Below, one piece after another: positions 14,351-24,669 of a DNA stretch of 31,263 bases. This DNA is from Tubiluchus corallicola. Its lineage: Eukaryota > Animalia > Priapulida. Below the pieces are notes generated by a model, which was given only the letters and a program-made list of their open reading frames with translations, ran no database searches and was not told where the DNA came from. The stretch's first letter is position 1. The number at the start of each line of letters is the position of its first letter. The DNA lies in assembly GCA_030141605.1 (NCBI GenBank), contig JAQGDQ010001641.1, positions 1 through 31,263 of the forward strand. The letters are read 5' to 3'. The translations under genes and the position numbers were made by a program.

Positions 14351-15609
14351 CTGCAAATACTAAACCATTATCAAGTACAGTGGAAACATGGCAATCCTGC
14401 AAATACTAAACCATTATCAAGTACAGTGGAAACATGGCAATCCTGCAAATACTGAACCATTATCAAGTACGGTCGAAACATGGCAATCCTGCAAATACTA
14501 AACCATTGTCAAGTACAGTGGAAACATGGCAATCCTGCAAATACTAAACCATTGTCAAGTACAGTGGAAACATGGCAATTCTGCAAATACTAAACCATTA
14601 TCAAGTACAGTGGAAACATGGCAATCCTAAACCATTATCAAGTACAGTGGAAACATGGCAATCCTGCAAATACTAAACTATTATCAAGTACAGTGGAAAC
14701 ATGGTAATCCTGCAAATACTAAACCATTATCAAGTACAGTGGAAACATGGCAATCTTGCAAGTACTAAACCATTGTCAAGTACAGTGAAAACATGGCAAT
14801 CCTGCAAATACTAAACCATTGTCAAGTACAGTGGAAACACGGCGATCCTGCAAAAACTAAACCATTGTCAAGTACAGTGGAAACATGGCAATCCTGCAAA
14901 TACTAAACCATTGTCAAGTACAGTGGAAACATGGCAATTCTGCAAATACTAAACCATTATCAAGTACAGTGGAAACATGGCAATCCTAAACCATTATCAA
15001 GTACAGTGGAAACATGGCAATCCTGCAAATACTAAACTATTATCAAGTACAGTGGAAACATGGTAATCCTGCAAATACTAAACCATTATCAAGTACAGTG
15101 GAAACATGGCAATCTTGCAAGTACTAAACCATTGTCAAGTACAGTGAAAACATGGCAATCCTGCAAATACTAAACCATTGTCAAGTACAGTGGAAACACG
15201 GCAATCCTGCAAATACTAAACCATTATCAAGTACAGTGGAAACACGGCGATCCTGCAAAAACTAAACCATTATCAAGTACAGTGAAACACGGCAGTCCTG
15301 CAAATACTAAACCATTATCAAGTACAGTGGAAACATGACAATCCTGCAAATACTAAGCCATTGTCAAGTACAGTGGAAACATGGTAATCCTGCAAATACT
15401 AAACCATTATCAAGTACAGTGGAAACATGGTAATCCTGCAAATACTAAACCATTATCAAGTACAGTGGAAACATGGCAATCCTGCAAATACCAAACCATT
15501 ATCAAGTACAGTGGAAACATGGCAATCCTGCAAATACCAAACCATTATCAAGTACAGTGGAAACATGGTAATCCTGCAAATACCAAACCATTGTCAAGTA
15601 CAGTGGAAA
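14338..15609 (-). repeat. 46-bp minisatellite, ~27 copies, whose unit spans the exon 3 splice acceptor
   Basis: + strand unit CATGGCAATCCTGCAAATACTAAACCATTATCAAGTACAGTGGAAA. The terminal copy overlaps the first ~13 nt of the exon. Confidence 0.97.
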
Positions 15610-15834
15610 AGACCCGTAAAATGTGACAATGGTGTTTGAAACGAAGACATTTTATTTGTTTTTTAATTCTGATTTCTTTGACGCAATAAATAAACTTTCC
15701 AATTTCAATAAAACAACATCTTTTCTAGGAGACCCAGCAAGCTTGAAAGCATATTGAGCATTAGATGGTTTACAGCTCTCAATGTGTTGTAGAACTGCAG
15801 TTTTTGATTGTTTCATTTTAATAAGCAGGTGTTG

Positions 15835-16186
15835 ACACGTTCGACAGCTCATGCGTGAGCACACAGCGGTAAATTTGAAATTTGAATTTCTACCTTAAAA
15901 CTTGCCTAGTTTTTAGTACAACACACTGAATATCTTACAGTAGCACTGTACTTCAATTTTCGCTTTCGCAAACACGTGCAACACGCTCGTGGAATATTTC
16001 TCCTGTTGAAAATAATGTTAGTTTGTTATGTCATCAATAGTTGGGCTCGAACACTAAAAGTTAAGTTCTCAATCTATTATTTAATTATCAGAAACGCTTT
16101 TGTAATACTAATTGTGTTAAAATGTATACTTTTTATCGGATTTGAAAATGGGGTAATGTATGAAAAATCATCCTCTCTTTCCTTAA
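15835..16186. mobile_element. Dispersed repeat, probable non-autonomous DNA transposon fragment ending at TTAA; second copy at 27897-28252
   Basis: The two copies align over ~350 bp with scattered differences. Both stop at CCTT(T)AA. Confidence 0.7.
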
Positions 16187-16273
16187 GTTTTCCCTGCTCC
16201 TGTAAGCAACGCAATTTTTTCTGACTACTTGATTAGAGAAGCATGAATTCACCTCTTGACTTGTTACACTTAC

Positions 16274-16310
16274 CTGCTATAAAGACAGACATCAAAACAA
16301 GGAAATTCAT
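16274..16310 (-). CDS. CAP/CRISP gene exon 2, coding part: signal peptide start MNFLVLMSVFIA(G); the whole exon is 16274-16341
   Basis: Acceptor ttttgttttcAG, start context AACATG, donor CAG|GTAAGT in phase 1 matching exon 3. Spliced N-terminus MNFLVLMSVFIAGLPCLMA is hydrophobic and signal-like. Confidence 0.9.
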
Positions 16311-16689
16311 GTTGCTTTGTGTGTCGCTTGCCTTGTAAGTTCTGAAAACAAAAGAAGTGAAACAACACCTCATAATTATGATGGCAGATGGAGCAATGGA
16401 AAACATTTTTGGCCGAATCGTTCATTTTCTGGACAAACCTTTTTTTGTGTTTCATGGAAGATGTGATAAATAATGAATATATGCTGACTGTGAACAGACT
16501 TAGTCCTTAAAGTTCAAATTTAATGTAAAAACAATTTATATTTTCTTGTTTTTCCTTGCTCTTTTGTTAAGTGTCAAGTTAGGATTTCTAATAATTGTTA
16601 ATATTAATATATTAAATTAAATTGTTAAAATTATTATATTAAATTAATGAAAATATTAATAATGATTAGCATTAACAATAATAGTAATT

Positions 16690-16770
<81 letters not shown>

Positions 16771-16871
16771 TCAACAGCAACAACAAGAAAAAGAACAACA
16801 ACTTCAACAACAACAACAACAACAACAACAACAGCATCAACAACAACAAGAACAAAAACAACAACAGCATC

Positions 16872-16932
<61 letters not shown>

Positions 16933-17001
16933 GCAACAGCAAGAACAAGAACAACAACATCAACAACAACAACAACAGCAGCAACAACAAGAACTACAAC
17001 A
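16690..17001. repeat. (AAC)n-rich microsatellite
   Basis: Direct inspection. Confidence 0.97.
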
Positions 17002-17562
17002 GTAAGATAAAATGTAAATAAACTTTTATAAAACTGATGTAAAATATAAAATGTGTGCTTGCAAACCAAAATCGTCCATAAGTCGTCGTAGTTAACTACG
17101 TTATGATGCTTAAAGTAGAATGACCCAAAAATTTGGTCAAATGTCATTTTTTTATTTTTTTATTTTTTATAAAAACAAATGTTAATATATTGGACTTTTA
17201 TATTCTAACATCAAATCATCAGGAAAATGTTAAAAAATTCTAAAAATCTAATTTTTAGCCACCGTTTACCCACGTTTCCGTCTAGAAATTAGCATTGCAA
17301 CTATAAAAACTTCAATTTCAAACTCCAATAGTAGCTCGTGGAAGCAATGATTTTGCTTCTGCTTTTTCTGTTTCCAAGCCCAGATCTTCGTCAGGAAGAG
17401 CCATCTACTGGATTTAAACATAACTTCATTGTGTTCTTGCAAAGTCCGCAGCAACCAACATTTGTACGGTTGCTAAGTGTTTTATAGAATCGCGATAAAC
17501 GACAATGTCTAACTTTAACAAAGATTTTCTCAAGATTACGTTTTTCAGTTAGAAAACTTTAA

Positions 17563-18020
17563 CCCTTTCAGTCCCAAATTATTTTTTAATAAGAAAATTT
17601 TTTTTGATTTGGTACTTTTGTTCAGTATGTCCATCTTGTTTACACATAATAATTATTTTTTTCTACCCGTGCCCGCGTGCTAAATATAGCCTGTATTCCA
17701 CGGAATACATTGGGATTCAATGGAAGCATAAAATGTGCTTCATTTTGCAACTGCTGATAATTTTTTAAAGTATTTAAGACATTTAGTATGCACGCTATGC
17801 TGATCTGTACAAAGTCGTCTCTAAAGTACTGTACCTTGCGCAGTTTTTTATGCTACGTAGATTTTCTAGTTTGCCATTTTATCACCATTTTTGTCTATTG
17901 TTATTGGCTTAAATCAAAATAACTATTAACAGATCAAATAACTGTCAGTTTTAAAATTTTATTAATTTTAAAGGCAGAAAATATTCTCGTATCCCACGGG
18001 ATACAACGGGTATGAAAGGG
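17563..18020. mobile_element. piggyBac-like MITE (458 bp) with TTAA target duplication
   Basis: TTAA|CCCTTTCAGTCCC ... GGGTATGAAAGGG|TTAA: a 13-bp TIR with 2 mismatches. An internal palindromic motif GTAT(T/C)CCACGG(A/G)ATAC occurs twice. Confidence 0.8.
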
Positions 18021-18132
18021 TTAATTGTCGACTTATGAATGATTTTGATATGCAAGCACGCATATCGTACATATAAGCGAAATACGGAAACTCAAAACGT
18101 GTGGAATTATGGAACTATAAGAGACAACTTAC

Positions 18133-18166
18133 CTAATAGTGTTCAGAATATATGCACACTTCAACT
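18133..18166 (-). other. Probable non-coding exon 1 of the CAP gene
   Basis: Starts at an Inr-like TTAGTT 30 nt downstream of TATAAA and ends at the consensus donor TAG|GTAAGT. Confidence 0.7.
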
Positions 18167-18200
18167 AAGAAACACTAACTTTCTTTTTCGTTTATATATA
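18163..18200 (-). promoter_or_regulatory. TATA box (TATATATAAA, 18200-18191) plus Inr-like TTAGTT (A at 18166)
   Basis: Canonical ~30-nt TATA-to-Inr spacing, followed by a perfect splice donor. Confidence 0.7.
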
Positions 18201-18356
18201 GACCTGAATAACCTCTAAAGTGCGCTCATTTTATGTGTATTTATCCTTGCAATGCGTTACGTCAAATCAGCTTTAATTACGTGCCATTGTATAAACAACG
18301 AAATTTATTAGTGATTTTAAATTACATCACAAGCAGGAAGTCAGCGAAATTTCTGG

Positions 18357-19085
18357 ACAGAATGCTGAATTTTTAAATATCTTTCCAGTTTTATCGTTTT
18401 ACTTGAACGAAAAGAGATGAACCAAGTCTTATCAATGCTCAATCGTAGTTTGTCATGAGTTTTTGTTTATTGTCGATAGGTGGCTCTGCTGATTGGTATA
18501 AGAAGTCAGAACGCTGAATTTTTAAATATCTTTCTAGTTTTATCGTTTTATTAGAATGAAAAGAAATGAACCAAGTCTTATCAATGCTCAATCGTAGTTT
18601 GTCATGAGTTTTTGTTTATTGTCGATAGGTGGCTCTGCTGATTGGTATAAGAAGACAGAATGCTTAATTTTTAAATATCTTTCCAGTTTTATCGTTTTAT
18701 TTGAACAAAAAGAGATGAACCAAGTCTTATCAATGCTCAATCGTAGTTTGTCATGAGTTTTTGTTTATTGTCGATAGGTGGCTCTGCTGATTGGTATAAG
18801 AAGTCAGAACGCTGAATTTTTAGATATCTTTCTAGTTTTATCGTTTTATTGGAATGAAAAGAGATGAACCAAGTCTTATCAATGCTCAATCGTAGTTTGT
18901 CATGAGTTTTTGTTTATTGTCGATAAGTGGCTCTGCTGATTGGTATAAGAAGACAGAATGCTTAATTTTTAAATATCTTTCCAGTTTTATCGTTTTATTT
19001 GAACAAAAAGAGATGAACCTAGTCTTATCAATGCTCAATCGTAGTTTGTCATGAGTTTTTGTTTATTGTCGATAGGTGGCTCTGA
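18357..19085. repeat. 149-bp tandem repeat, ~5 copies, with alternating A/B variants
   Basis: Anchor GCT(G/T)AATTTTT at 18364, 18513, 18662, 18811 and 18960. Confidence 0.95.
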
Positions 19086-19126
19086 TTGATTGCACGCTGA
19101 TTGGTATAAGAAGTCAGATCTGCTTT

Positions 19127-19205
19127 AGCCGTACGAGTTGATGCTCATATAGCTAGAGCGTGTGGCCTCATGTCACGAGATTCTGAGTTCGCATCCGGGT
19201 TAACA
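19127..19205 (+). mobile_element. Degenerate tRNA-like (SINE-head-like) sequence
   Basis: A-box-like TAGCTAGAGCG and B-box-like GAGTTCGCATCC at tRNA-like spacing. No clean cloverleaf. Confidence 0.35.
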
Positions 19206-19609
19206 CAAAATATTTCAGAGCTTCTTTCTAAATTTAACTGTTAATTGTTCACGTTGTTCCACCAGACCATTTTGATAACAATATTTAAATTGAGATGCGA
19301 AAATATATATTAAAGTATGCAGATATTGTTCAGCCGTCGGATTCTCGCCACCAGGGGGAATTACAACAACCCTTGGACGGCTCGAACCCGATATGAGTAT
19401 GGTAAACTAACATTTTATTGTATTATATTTGAATATTTTTTATATCCCACTGTCAATCATTTACTGTAACGTAAGATGCCTGCTTTTACAGATAATTACA
19501 CTTTGCAAAACATTTAAATGGTCATTGCTGACTGAATAAATATATAATAATATTAATAATAATTAATAAAAAGTGTTAATAATGATTAGTATTAACGATA
19601 ATACTAATT

Positions 19610-19742
19610 ACAACAGCAGCAACAACAACAACAGCACCAGTAGCAGTAGCAGCAGCAGCAACAACAACAACAACACCAGTAGCAGTAGCAGCAGCAGTAG
19701 CAACAAGAACAACAACAGCAACAGAGCAGCAACAACTGCAAG

Positions 19743-19779
<37 letters not shown>

Positions 19780-19852
19780 ACAACAGCAGCAGCAACAACA
19801 ACAACAACAAAAACAACAACAATAACAACAACAACAGCAGCAGTAGCAGCAA

Positions 19853-19927
<75 letters not shown>

Positions 19928-19943
19928 AAACAACAACAACAAT

Positions 19944-19978
<35 letters not shown>

Positions 19979-20128
19979 AAACAAAAACAAGAAGAAGAAG
20001 AAGAAGAAGAAGAATAACAACAACAACAACAACAACAGCAAGAACAAGAACAACAACAACAAAAACAAGAAGAAGAAGAAGAAGAAGAAGAAGAACAACA
20101 ACAACAAGAACAACAACCACAACAACAG
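19610..20128. repeat. Compound (AAC/AGC/AAG)n microsatellite
   Basis: Direct inspection. Confidence 0.97.
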
Positions 20129-20504
20129 AATAAGATAAAGAAAGAACATTTAATTTTGAGTAATGAACGTTTAGACACTTATCTTAATTATCTAGTACTA
20201 CAGTCATTCGAAATTTTGAAGGCCAATTAATGGACAGAGGACCGATATATTACAGTGATTGGCTTTTCAATGAGAATGGTGTCAAGAGATGACTCATTTA
20301 TTCAAAAACTTTATTAATTTTTGTGTTTTTTATTTCTGACGATAAAAAGTGGAAAGAAAATTTTAAAAGACAAATTAAAAAATATTACGATAAGTAAAAA
20401 TATGTGTATATATGTTTGTGATTACTTTTCACTATCGGGGGCTATTATTTCTATCGCTATTGATACTTTATGTATAAACGCCTCATGTCAAATGATACAG
20501 TAAA

Positions 20505-20921
20505 TTTTAGGTTTTAAAGTGTTTTAAATGTTACAAATTATGTTGCTCGTACGCTATAAAATTTCTACCAAAGATTTAGGAATATTCTCTCAAAGATTCA
20601 GGGATAATTCTAGCAATACAAAGCACAGCCCAGTCCTGATACAGTCCAATAACAATAACATTATTGACCATCACACAAACAAGAGTTATCAAGCATTTTT
20701 AGAAGTATTTTTTTAGGCTTTAAAGTGTTTTAAACGTTACAAATTATGTTGCTCGTACGCTATAAAATTTCTACCAAAGATTTAGGGATAATTTCTCTCA
20801 AAGATTCAGGGATAATTCTAGCAATACAAAGCACAGCCAAGTCCTGGTACAGTCCAATAACAACAACATTATTGACCATCACACACGAGTAAACAAGAGT
20901 TATCAAGCATTTTTAGAAGTA
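20505..20921. repeat. ~206-bp direct tandem duplication (2 copies)
   Basis: TTTTAGG(T/C)TTTAAAGTGTTTTAAA...TTTTTAGAAGTAT at 20505 and 20711. Confidence 0.93.
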
Positions 20922-21737
20922 TAGTTATTTCAAAGCGCGATTACTGATGCTTAACGGTCTAGTTATATGCACCTATTTCAGTAGTACGTTAAAGTTACAG
21001 CCGGTGGCACAGTTTGGCAGCATAGATACAGGAAATAGGTTATAGTTTTGGTGGATAAGTACAATACCAGGTAAGATTTATGTAGGATAATTATGTAGCT
21101 TTAAAGTCGGCCTATTTTTGGCTATTGTTGTTTTTTATGTTTTTTTATTTTCAAAAACTTCCCCTCTAGTATAATAATATTTTTACCCGCAACTTCCCAC
21201 CCGCATTTATATTTGTATATATTGTATCTGTATATATTGTAATTTTTCTCGTAACTAATTCTAGTGGCCTACCATAAGCTAGCTTCTTAGGTCTCTAGCG
21301 CGGAATTCATGAATTGTATCATATTTTTGTATTAACAAAAACTGATTATCGATGCACATATAATGTATATGTATATGTTTATTGTGAAATAAATCTATTA
21401 AATCTAAATCTAATATTTAATGTAAGAGCAGTGAATTTTAGTTGGTTTTTATTCATGTAGAATCGACCAGTTTTCGTTAAGTAGGCTAAAAGAATTAGTT
21501 GCTTAAAAAACATTAAAAACGTATATTGAATTTTCGTTATACAGTCTATGTCTCGCTTATTTGTTTATGTTGTGTATTGAAAATCATTCTAGTTAATTGA
21601 CATATGCGTGTGTTCATACTTAGTACTACATTTTTTATGATGCTATTGTTTAGATTTTTATATATTAGTAGTTCTTTTATACAACTAAATACTTTTCATT
21701 TATCATTTTTTATTATGAACGTATAGAAATATTTGAT

Positions 21738-22302
21738 TGCTCTTCTTACTGTTGTTGCTACTGCTGTTGCTGTCATTGTTGTTTACGCTGCTGTTTTTGT
21801 TGCTTTTGTTGCTACTGCTGTTGCTGTCATTGTTGTTTACGCTGCTGTTTTTGTTGCTTTTGTTGCTACTGCTGTTGCTGTTATTGTTGTTTACGCTGCT
21901 GTTTTTGCTGCTTTTGTTGCTACTGCTGTTGCTGTTATTGTTGTTTACGCTGCTGTTTTTGTTGCTTTTTTTGCTACTGCTGTTGCTGTTATTGTTGTTT
22001 ACGCTGCTGTTTTTGTTGCTTTTTTTGCTACTGCTGTTGCTGTTATTGTTGTTTACGCTGCTGTTTTTGTTGCTTTTTTTGCTACTGCTGTTGTTGTTAT
22101 TGTTGTTTACGCTGCTGTTTGCTGTTGTTGTTGCCGCTGCTTTTCTTGCTGTTGTTGCTGCTATTGTAGCTGCTGTTATTCTTGCTGTAGTTACTACTGC
22201 TGTTGCTGTTATTGTTGTTTACGCTGCTGGTGTTGCTGCTGCTGTTGCTTCTGCTTTTCTTGCTGTTGTTGCTCTTTTGTTGTTGTTGTTTTTGCTGCTT
22301 TT

Positions 22303-22334
<32 letters not shown>

Positions 22335-22395
22335 ACTGTTGCTGCCGCTGTTACTGCTGCTGCTGTCATTGCTGCTACTAGTGTTGTTGTTGTTA
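21738..22395. repeat. (GTT/GCT)n compound microsatellite containing a 54-bp higher-order unit (~7 copies)
   Basis: The unit translates as VATAVAVIVVYAAVFVAF (18 codons) in the ORF track. Confidence 0.93.
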
Positions 22396-23927
22396 ATATT
22401 GTCCCTGCTTTGTCATGCATCTTGGAAAATTGCAAGCACGTATCACCTACAGAACGCTGGTCATTTTAATGTAATGTTGTGGCAGGACCATCACTAAGCT
22501 CAGCTAAGATGCTGCACCGTCAAAAATGTCTTGGCCACACCCATCCTGCACGAGAGAAACAGACAGAAGAGTGTAGCTGCTGAAGTTGACCGGAACTAAT
22601 TTCCTCTCGGTCATCCATCTGTTTTCTAGCTTACTCTGCTTACCTTTTTCCACGACAACATAAAACACCAACAGCACTCGGCTATATAGATCTCTGCCAT
22701 CATCATCAACATTATAATCGTCACACCACTATTGCTATGCACTATCAGTGGCTATTTTTTCGTTAGGGGAAGCCATATGCAGTTCAGTGTTTCATCTTGG
22801 TGGATCATTTTTGTTAATAAGATCCGACTCAACCTCCCTAACATTTGTAGCAGCACATAACCGGATCTGAGTGCTGGATCTAGTTTTTGCAGCATGCTAA
22901 ACTCTTTAAGAAACTGTTTATTTTTTCCCAATTGAATTTGCATGTTAATGAGTTTAATGAAATTCACATTCGGTTAACAAAGACTCAATACTCTAGTCTC
23001 CTTACTCTAGTCTAGTCTCCTTACTCTAGTCTCCTGCTAAAGCTTCCAGATTCCAATTGAATACATCCATCGCATGACGTCATTCGATCACCTCACAATG
23101 GCCAATCGGACGCTGTGTTTTGGCTCTAATTGCTTTTCTATTGGTGGCGTCTGGACGTACTCCCACCTCATCGGCATTTTCATGTGAAGCGCATAATAAG
23201 ATACACGAAAAGTGTGTGTTCATGGTTGTTTTTACATATTAAATTTATTAAATAACTGTGAAAGAGAGTACAGAATAGTGAAGTGTTGAGCTTGAGACAC
23301 GTGTAATGTGAATGTTCGGTACTCAGAAAGGTTAGAAGAAATCCGACTTATTAGTTAGACTTAATCTCAGTTTAATTTACTGTACAAAATATACATTTTC
23401 TTGCCTATAAAAGTTAACAATTGTTCCTTATATTTGAATAATTAGCTTAGAAAGTTAACTAACAGCAACCGAACACAGCTATTGCTTACGTCAGAAACTA
23501 ACCACAGTTTGTGCAATGACAGGCATCTTCCCTTGCGCATCACGCACGTTTGTGTGAGTGTATACAGTACTGCTTAAATGTGTGATGTCACGAAAATGGG
23601 GTCTACGTCATATGACGTCAGAAACTAACACTGCAGTTCATGATCATGCTTATCACGGTACCGTCTTCTACTTGTCGACCACGCGAATGTGACAAAAAGG
23701 CGCCGTTGCCAATCTTAGTATATTCACTGAGCCGCGCGTAACTTTGAAAGTGTAACGAAATTTGAGTATCCGAGGTAATTATTATTTAATCTCAGCTTTG
23801 ATTTAAGATAAGCTATTGTAGTTTTCAATATTTTAGAGCATTCTTTATTCTGAACTCGTGTTTACATAATCATCCGGTTTTCCTTTAATTAAAAAAAAAT
23901 CCCGACTGCATCATTTTCATGTGTTTG

Positions 23928-23998
23928 CCGCGATGCGCCGTAGATTTGAACCCACGACCTTTCACGCAGAAAGCAAGTACGCAACCGATTGCGGTGAC
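23928..23998 (-). mobile_element. Degenerate tRNA-derived (SINE-head-like) sequence
   Basis: Minus strand ...GAAAGGTCGTGGGTTCAAATCTACG... resembles a T-arm/B box. Confidence 0.4.
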
Positions 23999-24085
23999 AA
24001 TGCGCTTATAACGCTCATGATTGCGCAATTTTAGTGAACCCCATTAGGAAAACAATGAACCCTGGAAGTATTGATACATGTCTAA

Positions 24086-24463
24086 AGGTACGATTCCATG
24101 TGCACGTTCTGCGTGATGCGTAATGCGTATACAACAGTTTTTAACATGTAGAAGTGTTTCCGTGTGTACGCAAGGCATAACCCGTAGTGCGTAATGCGTG
24201 ATCTGTATTCATTCGAATGTGATAACTGCCGTCCAATTATACATCACAAGGTACAATTCCATGTGCACGTTCTGCGTGATGCGGGATCCGTAATGCGTAA
24301 TGCGTATACAACAGTATATATTTAAACACGCGGAAGTGTTTCCATGTGTACGTAATGCGTAATACAGGATACGCATTCACTCGAATGTGATGGCTATCGT
24401 CTGAATACGCATCACGCATTACGCATTACGGATCACGTATTACGCGCGCATGGAGTCGTAATT
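24086..24463. mobile_element. PIF/Harbinger (Tourist)-like MITE with an internal ~162-bp duplication
   Basis: TAA|AGGTACGATTCCATGTGCACG ... CGCGCGCATGGAGTCGTAATT|TAA: imperfect TIR and TAA flanks, with TGCGTAA/TTACGCA subterminal repeats. Confidence 0.65.
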
Positions 24464-24494
24464 TAATAAATTTTATCTTAACAAGCCGACAATC

Positions 24495-24669
24495 ATGGAA
24501 AACATGGAATTTCCTAAGATGTATGGACGTAACCATGGATTCTACGAGAGATGCTCAGATGGTGTCGTTCGACCAGTTGGCGTGTATACTGAGTTGATAC
24601 CTGCCCTGAGACGAGGAGAAATGAAGATCCAACCCGATGACCTCTTTGTAACGTCTGCTCCAAAATCAG
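24495..24669 (+). CDS. Cytosolic sulfotransferase (SULT1-like), first coding exon: MENMEF...QPDDLFVTSAPKS(G)
   Basis: PDD..V...PKSG begins the 5'-PSB loop. Donor CAG|GTGAGT in phase 1 at the usual SULT intron position. The start codon is probable, not certain. Confidence 0.92.

Noticed and set aside
16647-22497. Poly-N, poly-T, poly-C, poly-L and poly-V ORFs
   Set aside because: Trinucleotide microsatellites open in several frames on both strands, with no splice or domain support.
21062-23780. Candidate SULT 5' UTR exon donors (CAG|GTAAGA at 21070, GAG|GTAATT at ~23774) and CCAAT/TGACGTCA motifs
   Set aside because: Several equally plausible sites; cannot be assigned without transcript data.
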